Shown one piece after another: positions 18,761-29,300 of a stretch of DNA of 38,151 bases. Each line of letters starts with the position of its first letter. The stretch's first letter is position 1. The notes under the pieces were generated by a model. The model saw nothing but the letters and a program-made list of their open reading frames with translations, was not told where the DNA came from and did no database searches. Origin of the DNA: a virus; IMG/VR virus record IMGVR_UViG_3300032007_000207. One strand, given 5' to 3'. Made by a program: the position numbers and the translations under genes.

Positions 18761-19123
18761 TCGCTCGCCTCCGTAGGGCAGGAGGGACTTGCGGACGGTC
18801 CCGTCGCAGTAAGCCTCGAATCTGACCGTCCCCTCGTGGCGGCCTATCGTCTGATTGCGGATGAGCCTCACGAGGACGATGCGCACGTCCCCGTCCGGGA
18901 TCTCGTCCTGCGCGAGGGGATAGTCGAACCCCTCGTCCTTCCAGAGCTGGGGGTAGGCGAGGCCCCACTCGGTCGTGGCGAACATCCTGGCGAACGCTTC
19001 CTCGATCTGGGCCAGCAGGTCGCTGGCGGGGATGCCCGGGTCTGTGCCCTTCGCCATCCTGGTCTCGTGGGATATGCTGAAGTCCTTGAGGTAGTAGTGG
19101 ACGATGATGCGGAGTTCGGTCAT
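18761..19123 (-). CDS. Hypothetical protein (120 aa, CGA-terminated)
   Basis: Ends GAG CGA ATG. Confidence 0.5.
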
Positions 19124-19449
19124 GCGTCCACCCCCAGGGGCGCGATGGTGTGGTATTCGGAGGACACGAGGTTGAGCTCGAAATATATGCCGTTGTTGCG
19201 GTTGACCGCGATCCTCATGAGCATGATGGCGTCCGCGGTGACCATCTCGGGCTCCGGCGCGAAAGTGCACCTCTTGAATCCGGCAGCGTCCATGGCGGGC
19301 AGGACCCCCTCGGAGATGAGGGGATCCAGCTCCCCCGCGAGCTTGTCGCGGACCTCCTGGATGAGCTCGTTCGCGGGCACGTCGACCTCCATGGTCCTGT
19401 AGAGGGCCGTGTCCCATGCCACGGCCATGACGAGGATCCTCTGCTTCAT
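19120..19449 (-). CDS. Hypothetical protein (109 aa)
   Basis: ATGA overlaps on both sides. Confidence 0.55.
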   Translation of the reverse strand: MKQRILVMAVAWDTALYRTMEVDVPANELIQEVRDKLAGELDPLISEGVLPAMDAAGFKRCTFAPEPEMVTADAIMLMRIAVNRNNGIYFELNLVSSEYHTIAPLGVDA

Positions 19450-19784
19450 GCCTTCCCCCCCTTGTAGGGCTTGGAGGTGTCCTCCTCGAACCACTTCTCC
19501 AGGGCGTCGGTGTCGATGAGGCTGAACCTGATGGCGACGACCTCGCCGTCCTTCAGCCCGACGTTCACCGGTATCTCGATGCGGGGCACGGTGGTCTTGG
19601 GGGCCGGCTTGAGCACCGTGGTGGTGATGTCCGCCACCGCGCCCTTGTCCAGGCCCTTGATCCTGACGCGGACGAGGTCGCCCACCTTGAGGCCGAGGCT
19701 CTCGTCCACGGGGATGGAGAAGGGCTTGGATGCGCCCGCCTTGGTCTTCTTGCCGCGGAGGGTCCTGAGGACGAGGCCGCTCAT
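19446..19784 (-). CDS. Tandem AbrB/SpoVT-like (swapped-hairpin) protein (112 aa)
   Basis: Two units: FSIPVDESLGLKVGDLVRV and IEIPVNVGLKDGEVVAI. Confidence 0.55.
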   Translation of the reverse strand: MSGLVLRTLRGKKTKAGASKPFSIPVDESLGLKVGDLVRVRIKGLDKGAVADITTTVLKPAPKTTVPRIEIPVNVGLKDGEVVAIRFSLIDTDALEKWFEEDTSKPYKGGKA

Positions 19785-20035
19785 GCGACCGCCCCCTTGA
19801 TCCTGGCGGGCCTGCTGGCCTCCCTGAACCCGTCCAGCATCGTCCTGTAGACGGCCGAGCGGTAGCCGAGGTAGGTGACGGCCTCCCTCGGGCGCATGAC
19901 GATGGCATAGGAGTCGCCGTCCATGAGGATCTCGAACCCGGGGTAGCGGGCCTTGAGCTCCGTGGCCCTGTCGACCACTTCGCCCATGGTCCTCGTGGTG
20001 GTGCGGAGGTCTATGACCTTGATGTCGGGCCTCAT
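19781..20035 (-). CDS. Hypothetical protein (84 aa)
   Basis: RBS and ATGA overlaps. Confidence 0.55.
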   Translation of the reverse strand: MRPDIKVIDLRTTTRTMGEVVDRATELKARYPGFEILMDGDSYAIVMRPREAVTYLGYRSAVYRTMLDGFREASRPARIKGAVA

Positions 20036-20742
20036 TCGGCTCCCTCCTTCTCGACCAGGGTGGCCCAGCCGTCGATGATGGTCTTGTCGTCCCAGCCTTC
20101 GATGTCCCTCCCGTAGAAGTTGCGGAGGGTGTCGAGGGTCGGGTTCTGCTCGTTCTTCTCCGCCCACTCGATGAGCTTGGGGAGGATCCTCTTCGCCCGG
20201 TCCTTGTTGGACTCGGTCTTGGACGGGGTCTTGAAGAAGGCATCCGCCTGGGCGAGCTTCTGCGCCTTGGTAGGCACCGCGCCCAGGGGCTCGTTGATGC
20301 TCTCGGGGTCCTCGGCGTTGCCCTCGTCGATGGCGTAGAGGATCCTGTAGGCGGACCTCTCGATGTTCGTGATGATCTTGTTGGACAGCTTGTCGCTGTT
20401 GTCCTGGGCCTCGAAGGGCACGGTGAACGTGATGCTGTCGCCGTCGGCGCCGTGGATGGTGACCTCGCAGTGGCCGATGGCGGCGTGCCACACGGTCTTG
20501 TCGCCGTACTTGTTCTCCTTGGTGTAGTCCCATCTCTGCTCCCCCTTGTCCTCGTCGTACTCGAGGGGCCCGGTGGTCATGAAGACGCCCGCCTTGGCGT
20601 GGGCGCGCCTGACCGCGCTCAGGATGGTGGCGATGGGGATGAACTTGTACCCTCCGCCCTGGCCGCTGACGGTGCCGGACTTGTCGAAGTCGAAGGCGGC
20701 GATCTCCTCCATGGCGGTGGCGATGCGCTCCTGGACGCTCAT
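20032..20742 (-). CDS. ERF-family single-strand annealing protein (236 aa)
   Basis: YKF..I..IL.AVR..HAK.G, DNSDK..NK..T...R..Y..LYAIDEG..EDP. Confidence 0.7.
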   Translation of the reverse strand: MSVQERIATAMEEIAAFDFDKSGTVSGQGGGYKFIPIATILSAVRRAHAKAGVFMTTGPLEYDEDKGEQRWDYTKENKYGDKTVWHAAIGHCEVTIHGADGDSITFTVPFEAQDNSDKLSNKIITNIERSAYRILYAIDEGNAEDPESINEPLGAVPTKAQKLAQADAFFKTPSKTESNKDRAKRILPKLIEWAEKNEQNPTLDTLRNFYGRDIEGWDDKTIIDGWATLVEKEGAE

Positions 20743-21095
20743 GCGCCCGCCTCCTTGGGGGCCTCGGGGTCGCGTGACACACACACAGACACACACACAT
20801 TTTTCGGGTTCGTGAGGTTGTAGCCGAGCTTGGCGTCGAGCATGCGGACGTTGACGAAGGCCGTCCTGTAGGCCTTGATGCCAGCGGGCTCGATGACCCC
20901 GTCGCAGATGGCGTTGTTCCACTTCGCCTTGATGGTGGACTCCGTGACGATGAAGTCCCTCTCGCGCATCCCCACGGTGAAGGCGGAGAAGGTCGTCATG
21001 ACCTTCTCCGTTCCGTTCGCCCGTGCATCCTCCAGGTCGTCGAAGAGGGTCTCGTTGAGCCTCCTGTAGACTTCCTGCATGGTGATTTTCGACAT
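20739..21095 (-). CDS. Hypothetical protein (118 aa)
   Basis: RBS GGAGA; ATGA overlap with the ERF start. Confidence 0.6.
   Translation of the reverse strand: MSKITMQEVYRRLNETLFDDLEDARANGTEKVMTTFSAFTVGMRERDFIVTESTIKAKWNNAICDGVIEPAGIKAYRTAFVNVRMLDAKLGYNLTNPKNVCVSVCVSRDPEAPKEAGA
20776..20806 (+). repeat. (AC)5-AG-(AC)5-ATTTTTCG element A
   Basis: Imperfect inverted counterpart of 22172-22204. Confidence 0.7.
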
Positions 21096-21180
21096 ATCTC
21101 TCTGATCTCCGAGCACTCTCGGGAGAGACTGTCTTCATGGAGCAGATAACGGTCATGATGTGCTCCATGGTTCCCGAGAA

Positions 21181-22140
21181 TCATAGAGAACATAGATAAC
21201 CGTTCGCTCTTCTTCCGACTAACCTCTCCTCGTAGCGCCCGTTTCCGTCTATGGAGTGCGATATATTTAATGCTTGCCCGATGACCGAGTCCATTATCCC
21301 GTCCAGCCTCGTGCCGCATGGCTGTATGTAGCAGTTGATCGTCGTGTGGACGTTCGCGTGCCTCATGAGCGTCTTGATGTCGACGATGTCCACGTTCGCC
21401 TTGTAGAGCGACGTGGCGAAGAGCCTCCGGAGGCTGTGCGGCGTCACGCGCACGCCCGCGCGCTCCCCCATCCTCTGGATGTGATGGGAGAGGGATGTGC
21501 GGGCCATCTTCTTCATCCCCGCCTTCTGGTACGACACGATGATGCACCCGCCGGACAGGTCGGCCATGCCGTTGCCGTCGCGGATGATCCTCCATTCCCT
21601 CAGCGCCGACATGACCATCGGCGGGATCTTCAGGACGGAGACCTTCCCCTCGGCCCCGTGGCCTTTTCCTCTCACCGTCAGCCTCCCGTCCGCCGAGATG
21701 TCGCTCCACTTCACGGAGAGGATCTCCGAGCATCTGAGGCCCATGCCCCCTCCGAGGAGCAGTATCGCCCTGTCGCGCTCGTCGGCCACGGCCATGAGCC
21801 TGGCGAAGGCATCCTCGTCGATGAATACCCGGTTGACGGGCTCCATCTGGTTCCACAGGATCTCCGCCCGGGAGAGGACGTCCTCCCCGGTGCACCAGAG
21901 GATCCAGTGGTTGAGCACCTTCAGATAATCGCGCCTGGAGGCCTCGCTGACGTCCATGGCGGCGTTCAGGAAGGCCATGTCCTCCGGGCGGATCCTCCTC
22001 GGGTCGGTTGCTCTCCCGGCATCCTCCAGGGCGCACAGGCACCTGGAGCACTTGTGGCGGTAGCTCTCGATGGTCGTCTCCTTCCGACCCGTTGCTCTCA
22101 GATGGTGGAGCCACTGCTCCACCAGAATGAAATCGCGCAT
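21181..22140 (-). CDS. int: Tyrosine recombinase/integrase, XerC/D-like (319 aa)
   Basis: GLRCSE (R), RGKG (K), HSLRR (H-x-x-R), MRH (H), TTINCY (Y). Confidence 0.93.
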   Translation of the reverse strand: MRDFILVEQWLHHLRATGRKETTIESYRHKCSRCLCALEDAGRATDPRRIRPEDMAFLNAAMDVSEASRRDYLKVLNHWILWCTGEDVLSRAEILWNQMEPVNRVFIDEDAFARLMAVADERDRAILLLGGGMGLRCSEILSVKWSDISADGRLTVRGKGHGAEGKVSVLKIPPMVMSALREWRIIRDGNGMADLSGGCIIVSYQKAGMKKMARTSLSHHIQRMGERAGVRVTPHSLRRLFATSLYKANVDIVDIKTLMRHANVHTTINCYIQPCGTRLDGIMDSVIGQALNISHSIDGNGRYEERLVGRRANGYLCSL

Positions 22141-22171
22141 GCCATCTTCTCCACCCCATCCCCCTCAGGCG

Positions 22172-22204
22172 CGAAAAGTGTGTGTGTATGTGTGTGTGCG
22201 TGTC
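22172..22204 (-). repeat. AC-array element B in the integrase leader
   Basis: Reverse complement gacacgc(ac)4at(ac)5ttttcg; lies between the TATA box (22211-22218) and the int ATG. Confidence 0.7.
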
Positions 22205-22210
22205 CGACTG

Positions 22211-22218
22211 TTTATATA
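22211..22218 (-). promoter_or_regulatory. Candidate TATA box of the integrase promoter (TATATAAA)
   Basis: AT-rich TATA in a GC-rich context about 70 nt upstream of int. Confidence 0.55.
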
Positions 22219-22332
22219 CGGGCGCGCGCTTGTAATACACGAGATAACCTCTCTCGCCTGCTGCAGGCGAGCCCCCGGGTCGTAGTGCCCAACTTCTGCC
22301 CGGGGGCGATCTCCGATCTTATCGGACCCGCA

Positions 22333-22488
22333 TCGCGGGTCCTGCCTCCCTACGGCCTTGACGGTCACATCGACATCATCTCCCTCTTCCACGCCGAGGA
22401 TCCTCGCCATGGACTTGGGGAGCGGTATGCAGTACGAGTTGCCCAGCTTCTTGATCTGGGCGGGGAACGAGAGCTCGTCGCGGCTCAT
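22333..22488 (-). CDS. AbrB/MazE/SpoVT-family regulator (51 aa, CGA-terminated)
   Basis: QIKKLGNSYCIPLPKSMARILGVEEGDDVDV; without the CGA stop it would read through the int promoter and AC repeats to 22165. Confidence 0.75.
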
Positions 22489-22697
22489 TCCGATGCCTCC
22501 TCCGCCAGGCGCTCGCACATGGCGCACGCCGCGGCGTTCACCGACGCGAGGGCATCGCGGGCCCTCTCCATGATCTCCCCATCGGGCCTCGCGGACAGCA
22601 GGTCCTCCAGGGCCTGCGCCGCCGCGCGGAGCTTCTCGTCCATCCTGACGATGCGGACGAGCTCCATTCTTGAATCCGAGCATATCATCTCAATCAT
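22485..22697 (-). CDS. Small helical hypothetical protein (70 aa)
   Basis: First gene after the AT-rich early promoter; ATGA overlap with AbrB. Confidence 0.5.
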   Translation of the reverse strand: MIEMICSDSRMELVRIVRMDEKLRAAAQALEDLLSARPDGEIMERARDALASVNAAACAMCERLAEEASE

Positions 22698-22751
22698 CTC
22701 CGGGGGCCCATCCTCCCCGCTACTATCCAAAACTGTATCAGTATTTATGTG

Positions 22752-22783
22752 TGTTGTAACGTCTTTATAAAGGTGTTATAACA
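22752..22783. promoter_or_regulatory. Imperfect 32-bp palindrome centred on CTTTATAAAG (early promoter/operator or att-like site)
   Basis: tgttgtaac-gt-ctttataaag-gt-gttataaca; 26/32 positions self-complementary. Confidence 0.55.
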
Positions 22784-22805
22784 TCCTCGCAGTTAGCGGA
22801 CCTAT

Positions 22806-22854
22806 CCCCTGATGGAAGTGCATTTTTCTTTCGGATACCCCCTGATGGAAGTGC
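22806..22854. repeat. 16-bp direct repeat pair CCCCTGATGGAAGTGC, 33-bp period
   Basis: 22806-22821 and 22839-22854. Confidence 0.8.
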
Positions 22855-22858
22855 GACC

Positions 22859-23347
22859 CTACCAATCTGGCAGGGTCTGGAGCCCTCGCTCCGCGAGCTT
22901 GTAGTTTCCGGCATCTATCATCTGTTGCGAGAGCTGGAAGCAGTATGTGTACTCCGACATGTCGATGTAGCGGTCCACGGGGTAGGAGATCTTCGTGGAG
23001 AGCTTGTACCCGGACTCCAGCGTACAGGGGTGCTCGGGACTGGGGACTATCGAGATAGAGTCCCCGGAGCGCTGATGCAGGACCCTTTCTACCCCATCCT
23101 TGATGATCACCAGGTCGGGCACGCTCTCGGCCCTGACGTCCTTCCCCGTTGAGGAAGTGTAGATCAGGAAGCAGTCGACGATGATGTTGCGCTCCCCTCT
23201 GTACTCGTAGCAATACGGCTCCGCCCCATTCTTCAGGTCCACTTCGACCGTGATGGTCTCCTCCTGCATGCCGTAATAAATTAATGCCCCGCATGCGGTG
23301 AGGGACACGGCGAGCACGAGGCCAATAATAGCGGTATTGGTCTTCAT
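22859..23347 (-). CDS. Membrane-anchored protein, candidate superinfection-exclusion/moron (162 aa)
   Basis: N-terminal TM helix IIGLVLAVSLTACGALIYYG; lies between the tail and lysogeny modules; ends at TAG. Confidence 0.6.
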   Translation of the reverse strand: MKTNTAIIGLVLAVSLTACGALIYYGMQEETITVEVDLKNGAEPYCYEYRGERNIIVDCFLIYTSSTGKDVRAESVPDLVIIKDGVERVLHQRSGDSISIVPSPEHPCTLESGYKLSTKISYPVDRYIDMSEYTYCFQLSQQMIDAGNYKLAERGLQTLPDW

Positions 23348-23365
23348 GCCCGTCGCATCGTTCTC

Positions 23366-26300
23366 TCAGTTTAAGGTCATTTGGATGTTCACGATGACGT
23401 ACTGGAGCTGGTTCTTGTCCGGGCGGACCGCCTCCGGGATCGGGATGTCCGAGCCCGCTACGCTGTCCACCACCAGCCTGAGCTTGGTTATCGGATACTG
23501 GTTGGTCGAGAAGTCGTTGCCGATGGGGAAGTAGCCCACGACGGTACAGATGCCGAGCTCCGGGTACTTGATTATCTCGGCGTCGACGGTCGCCGCCCAT
23601 GCCCCGTCCATGTAGTACTCCACCTGGTAGGCGGAGCCCGACGGCAGGGCCTGGGAGGTCTCCACGAAGACGTACTGCCTGGTGTAGAGCTCCGCGGCGG
23701 TGGCCACGGAGGCCCTGTTCCCCGCCTGGAAGGCCATGGCGCTGGTATCGATGAGCTCATTGGAATAATTCTCGGAGTAGTTGTTCAGCACGAGGGTGGT
23801 GATCAGGCTCTGGTAATCGATGGTGCACTCCTTGACCTTCGCCTTGTAGTTGCTCATGCCATACCTGGAGTCGCGGATCCTCACGGGCACGCCCCCTATC
23901 CACCTGCCGGACCTCTTCATGAAGGCATCGTAGATTCCGGAGAGCTCCATCTCGCCCTCCCACTGCGTGGATCTGTTCGTCATGATCTTGGAGTACGCCG
24001 CGAAGGCCGAATCCTTGGCGGAGGTGTCCGACGAGCTGAGGGTCACGACCGAGGATCCTATCTCCACATCGGGGTCCCTGATTGCCACCATGATGGGGGT
24101 TCCGTCGTTGGCGGTGCCCTTGGACATGGCGAGGATGGGCCTTCCCGCCTTGGATATGGACGGGTTGAAGCTCTTGGCCACCTGGGCGGATGCGTTCGGC
24201 GCGGTGTCCCCGCCATAGTAGAAGGTCTTCTGGCCTGTATCCTCCGCTCTATAGCGCAGTCCGAGGTTCACAACGGCCCACTGGCCCGGTGAGGCGCAGA
24301 AGGCGTGCTGGCGGCCCTCATAGGTCCCGCCCTCGTCCTCCATGTCGGCCAGCGCGGCGAGATATGCGTGGTAGTCGTCCCCTCCGCACCTGAACATGTT
24401 GATCTCCCTGGCGCAGTTGACTGATACGAGCGTCGCGCCCGGAGCTTCCAGGATCGCGGTGGCCACGTCCACCAGATTGACGTTGGAGCTCGGGTCCGTG
24501 TATGTGGCCCAGGCTCTCTCGAAGCCGGGTGTGATGAGGGCCGACGATGGTGTCGCGTTGTGGATGCTGGTGATCTTGAAGTACGGCCCCTCCACATCGG
24601 TGCCGTTCGTTCCGCCGCAGTTCTCGTAAATGAATGCTCCCAGGACGCAGTAGAGCGAGCTTCCGGAATAGTCGGTGGAATCCACGCTGGTGGTGCAGTC
24701 CAGGGCGGTCGCCCTCATGGTGTAGACCATCGGGATCCTCGTCAAGGACCCTCCATATGTCTGGTATCCCGTCACCCGGATTGTGATGTAGGAGTAGGCG
24801 CTCAGGTCCACGGGGTCGGTGAGGTTCAGGGTGATCTCCTCGTAGTCGCTGGTCCTGGACGTGCTCTCCTCCCATTCCTCGATGAGGTCTCCGCCGATGG
24901 ACGGCCCGCCGTAGAGGCTGATGGTGTAGTAGACGGTATCGACCCCTCCGGAGCTCGCGTGGCCCTTGAGGTAGACTTTCAGGTACTCCAATCCGACGAT
25001 TCCTATGGACCTGTAGGCCGAGCCAGTCCCCCCGAGGTAGATGACCGAGGTGACGTGGTAGTTGCCATGGGTGTCCGTCGAGCCGACGGTGTACGCCTGC
25101 TCCTCGGAGACCATGTACTTGACGTCACCGACGTTGATGTCCCCGCTGAAGAGGACCCCCTCGGGGCGGTCCATGACTATCGCGGTATCAGGGGATGTCG
25201 GCCTACAGATCGCCCTCATCATCCTGTTGCCGCTGGGGTTGTAGTGGTTCCTATAGTACTCCGCACCCGTGGCCCTCAGGACCTGGATGTAGTCGCCGCA
25301 GGTCACGGTGATCAGGTCGTCGCTGGCGTCCAGCGTGGTGATCATGAACGTGCCCCAGCAGTAGCCCGTCTCGTCCCCGTCGCGGATCTGGACGAACATC
25401 CCCGTGGCCAGAGCCCCGGAGGAATGGTCGGACCAGCCCATGAAGGACGAGGCCAGCAGGTTGTCCGAGTAATCGTTCACGATGGTGAAGCTCGCGGTCG
25501 CCCCGAAGTTCTCGACCTCGTGGATCCTGGACCTGACGGCCAGCCTTCCGCTGACGTCGATGTACGGGCCCCCCACGGACTTGAATATCCTCACGTTGTC
25601 CACGGCTGCCGTGGCCCCTCCCGTGCCGGACTCCCATACGGCGTACAGGGTCGTGGTGCCCTCGCGGAGCGTTATCCTGGATCCCGGGAGGTAGTCGGGC
25701 CAGGACGAGCCCTCGGTCTCCGACCATCCAGAGAACGTGAGCTCGCTCTTGGCCGGGACCGCATCGGATACCGTGGCGGAGTACGTGGGGGAGGACCCCT
25801 CGTACTCCTGCGACTGCGGCACGCCCGTGGCTCCCGGCGCGGAGTACTGGAGGATGAACTCGTAGGTCTCCTCGGCGTACTGGGCGTACAGGGTGATGCT
25901 GGGCTCCGCCGCTGTCACGCGGACGGTGTCCCCGACGTCGTAGGACCTGCCGGTACCGTCGACCTCGGTGTTCCAATGCGTGAAGGTCTCTCCGTCCTTC
26001 GTGGGGACGGTGTCGGGGACTGTGAAATCGTGGTACTCTGCGGAGTCCTGGGAGACCTCGTATCCCGGTCCCCCTCCCCCTCCGTTGGCGTCGTAGACCA
26101 CGGTGTAGCCGACGGCCCAGTGGGCGTAGACTGTGGCGTCGTCCTGGAAGACGGTGGACGTGTCCACCCTGTCCCCTCCGACGGCCGATGTGAACCAGCC
26201 GACGAAGGTGTGGACCGAATCCCACGTGGCGACGGGCATGGACGGGAGGGTCCCATCCGCCCCGGTGGCCATGCTGGGGACCGACGGGGTCCCGCCGTTG

Positions 26301-29300
26301 CCGTCGAAAGTTATTGTAGGTACCACCTTAACCGCGAGCTGGCTGTAGTAGTAGTACGCCGCATCCCCCGTGGATGCGACGTGGTACCACATGGCCTTGA
26401 CCCTCGCGGACCCGATGTCCACTCCGGACACGTCGGCGGACAGGACGCTGGACGAGGCGCTGACGCCCTCGACCCCCGCCACCTCGTCATCGTCCACGGA
26501 CCATCTGTCCGCCGATCCGGACTGGCTCACATCCTCGTGGGTCCAGAAGACGCGCCTGGTCTGCTCCTTCTGGAGGAGCATCGGCTGCTCTATGACGGGG
26601 CCCGAGGAGCTCTCGAAGGTCCAGCCGCTGGCGTGCTCGATCTCCGTGGGGACCACCCACCAGGCGTACAGGGTGCGGGTGGAGTTCTCGCCCACGACGG
26701 TGGAATTGGTGATCTGGAGGCCCTCGCCGCCCGGCTGGGTGAACCAGCCGTAGAAGCTCATGCCGTCCTTGGTGGGTATGGGCATGGGCGCGTCCTCGTC
26801 GTAGGTGTCCCCGAAGGTGACCTCCCTGGACTGCTCCGAGCAGACCCCGCCCTGGGCGTCGAAGGTCACAACGTACTTCTGGATGGTCCAGTCGGCCCAC
26901 AGGTCGACGGCCCCGGCGTAGACCCACCTGCCGTCGGCGTCGGTGTACCTGGTCTGCTGGCAGACGAGGTCGGCCACCAGGGAGCCGTCCGCCTCGGCGA
27001 TCTTCGGCATCTCCCAGTCGTCCACCCGGTAGAAGTTCAGGGTGTGCCCCGCCTTGACGGGGGGCACGATGTTGGCCAGGGAGGTGTCGCCCATGTCGAT
27101 GGTCGCCGACCCGTCCTGCTGGCCCCCGTTGGAGACCAGGCGGAGGGCGTAGGACGTCGCCGCGGCGATTGTGATGGTGTACTTCGAGCTGACGGCCTGG
27201 GAGGTCTCGTCGATGACGTAGGCCACGTACGTTCCCTCGGAGCCGCTCGTGGGGTTTCCGGAGATCCTCGGCGTGCGCCCGTTCCACGGGTCGTCGTAGA
27301 ACCCGAAGGTCAGGCCGCCGATGACGGTGTCCCCGCTCCACTGCGCCCCGGAGCTCACTGTCACCCCGGCCTCGTGGAAGTCCATCGGGGTGCCGACGGA
27401 CCCCGATACGGCCAGGTTCCTGGCGAAGAGGACGTGGACCGTGTGCGCCGAGGTCACGTTGGAGAAGGTCCAGCTCCCGAGGGTCGGGTCCTTCTCGACC
27501 CCGTCAACCCTCACGGAGTAGACTATGTACCCCGTGCTGGCCGTCCAGGTCACGGTCTTGGACGTGCCCTGGGCCACATGGTCGTCGGTGGATGTGATGC
27601 TCCCGCCGCGCGAGCAGGACGTGGAGACGGTCCAGTACTTGATCACGGACAGGGGGAGCATCGTGTAGTAGTAGCACGAGGATCCCCTGTAGTCGAACCT
27701 GAGGTAGCAATCGCCGTGGCTGACCCCCGAGGCGGTCACCAGGGCGTAGTAGACGGTTCCGAGCTCCGCCGAGGCCGTGGCGTTGCCCACGGTGTTGCCG
27801 GATGCATCGGTCACGCGGACGGTGTAGTCCCTCCCCGCCACGCTCACGAGGTCCACGGACGAGTTCACGCGGACGGTCACGGTGCCGTCCACCGCCACCT
27901 CCGCCCTGTCTATGGTCTGGGTGTTGTTCCTGTCCCTCCACGGGTTGGGGGAGACGGGCGTGAATGTCGTGGTCCTGCGGGAGAAGATGGCGTAGACCGT
28001 CGTGGCCTCCGTCACGCTGACGGATGCCCCGTCCGGGAGGACCTGGTTCCAGACCCTCCACTCGTAGAACTCGTACGTGTACTCCCTCGTGAAGTCCGCG
28101 GGGGTGGCGGTCACGGTCGTGCCGTTGATGACGATGGAGGACCCGTTCGCGGTGATCGAGGAGCCGTATGGCACGTTCTGGACGGAGGCCTGGCTGACGG
28201 TGCCGTACGACCTGGAATTGGACTGGACCCCGATGCTGAACGTCTGCAGGGAGATGTCCACGTAGAACGTCTTGGCCTCATAGGACGAGTCCATGACGAA
28301 GCTGAAGGGCTGGACGGAGGAGATCACCGAGGTCCCGAGGGTCAGCCCGTCGAACTTGTACCCGGTGTCGGGGATCGCGTCGATGGTCAGGCTGTCGCCG
28401 TCGTAGGCGGAGACACTGACGCTCCCGGACGATATGACCAGGCTGGACGTGTGCCGGGTGCTGTTGGTGCACGAGACGTTGCAGTGCCCTCCGCCCGTCC
28501 TTATCGTGATAGTGAACGTGCGGGGCATCGCCACGGCCGGATAGAAGGTCCTGTCCGAGGTGATGTTCCCGATTGAATCCGACCCTCCGCCGGGGTAGGT
28601 GTCCGTCTCTACCATGTTCTCGCAGTACGGGGACGTCCTGTCCCCCGAGACCTTGTACCATGTGGCGTTGAAGCTCCCGTTGTAGGCCACGTCGTAGTCC
28701 TTGTAGGAGTACGAGGAGCCGTACATGGTGTCGTTATACTTCCCGAAGTAGTTCCAGCCGAGCCTGTACAGGCGCACCACAGGGAGGGCGGTCAGCTCGA
28801 TCTCGTTGTAGTACGTGACGTTGTTGTAGACGTAGTCGACGCGGATCGTGGCCTTGCCGGGTTTCTTTACGAGCAGGTCGACGGCCACGTACGAGGTGTC
28901 CGAGGCCAGCGTGCCCCAGAATGAGACGGCGATCACCGAGGGGTCCGAGGACGTGATGTCGAAGGAAGTCGCCGAGGAGATCCTATTGGGGGTGTACAGC
29001 ATCCTCCAGGTCATGCTGGAGCCGTACGTCCTCCCGCCCACGTCGGCGGAGGATCCGAGCTCGTTCTTCTGCACATCGAAGAACTTCCCAGAGAGCTGGG
29101 GGGTTGTGCTGACCCATACGGCGTACAGGGTGTACGTGCCGTAATCGAAGGTCCCTGTCCCGCCTGCGACGTACTCGGGGCTGGATGCGGACGAGGATTC
29201 GGCCCAGCCGAGGAACCTGTAGCCGGGCCTCTCGGGCTCCGTCGACGGGATCTGCATGGACACGGAGGTGTAGTTGGAGTTCCCGGAGCTCACGTCGGGG

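Noticed and set aside
25590-25630. ACG as an edited (C-to-U) start codon for the hub
   Set aside because: The RBS spacing (4 nt) does not match the 7-8 nt seen elsewhere, and no upstream stop exists; it is too speculative.
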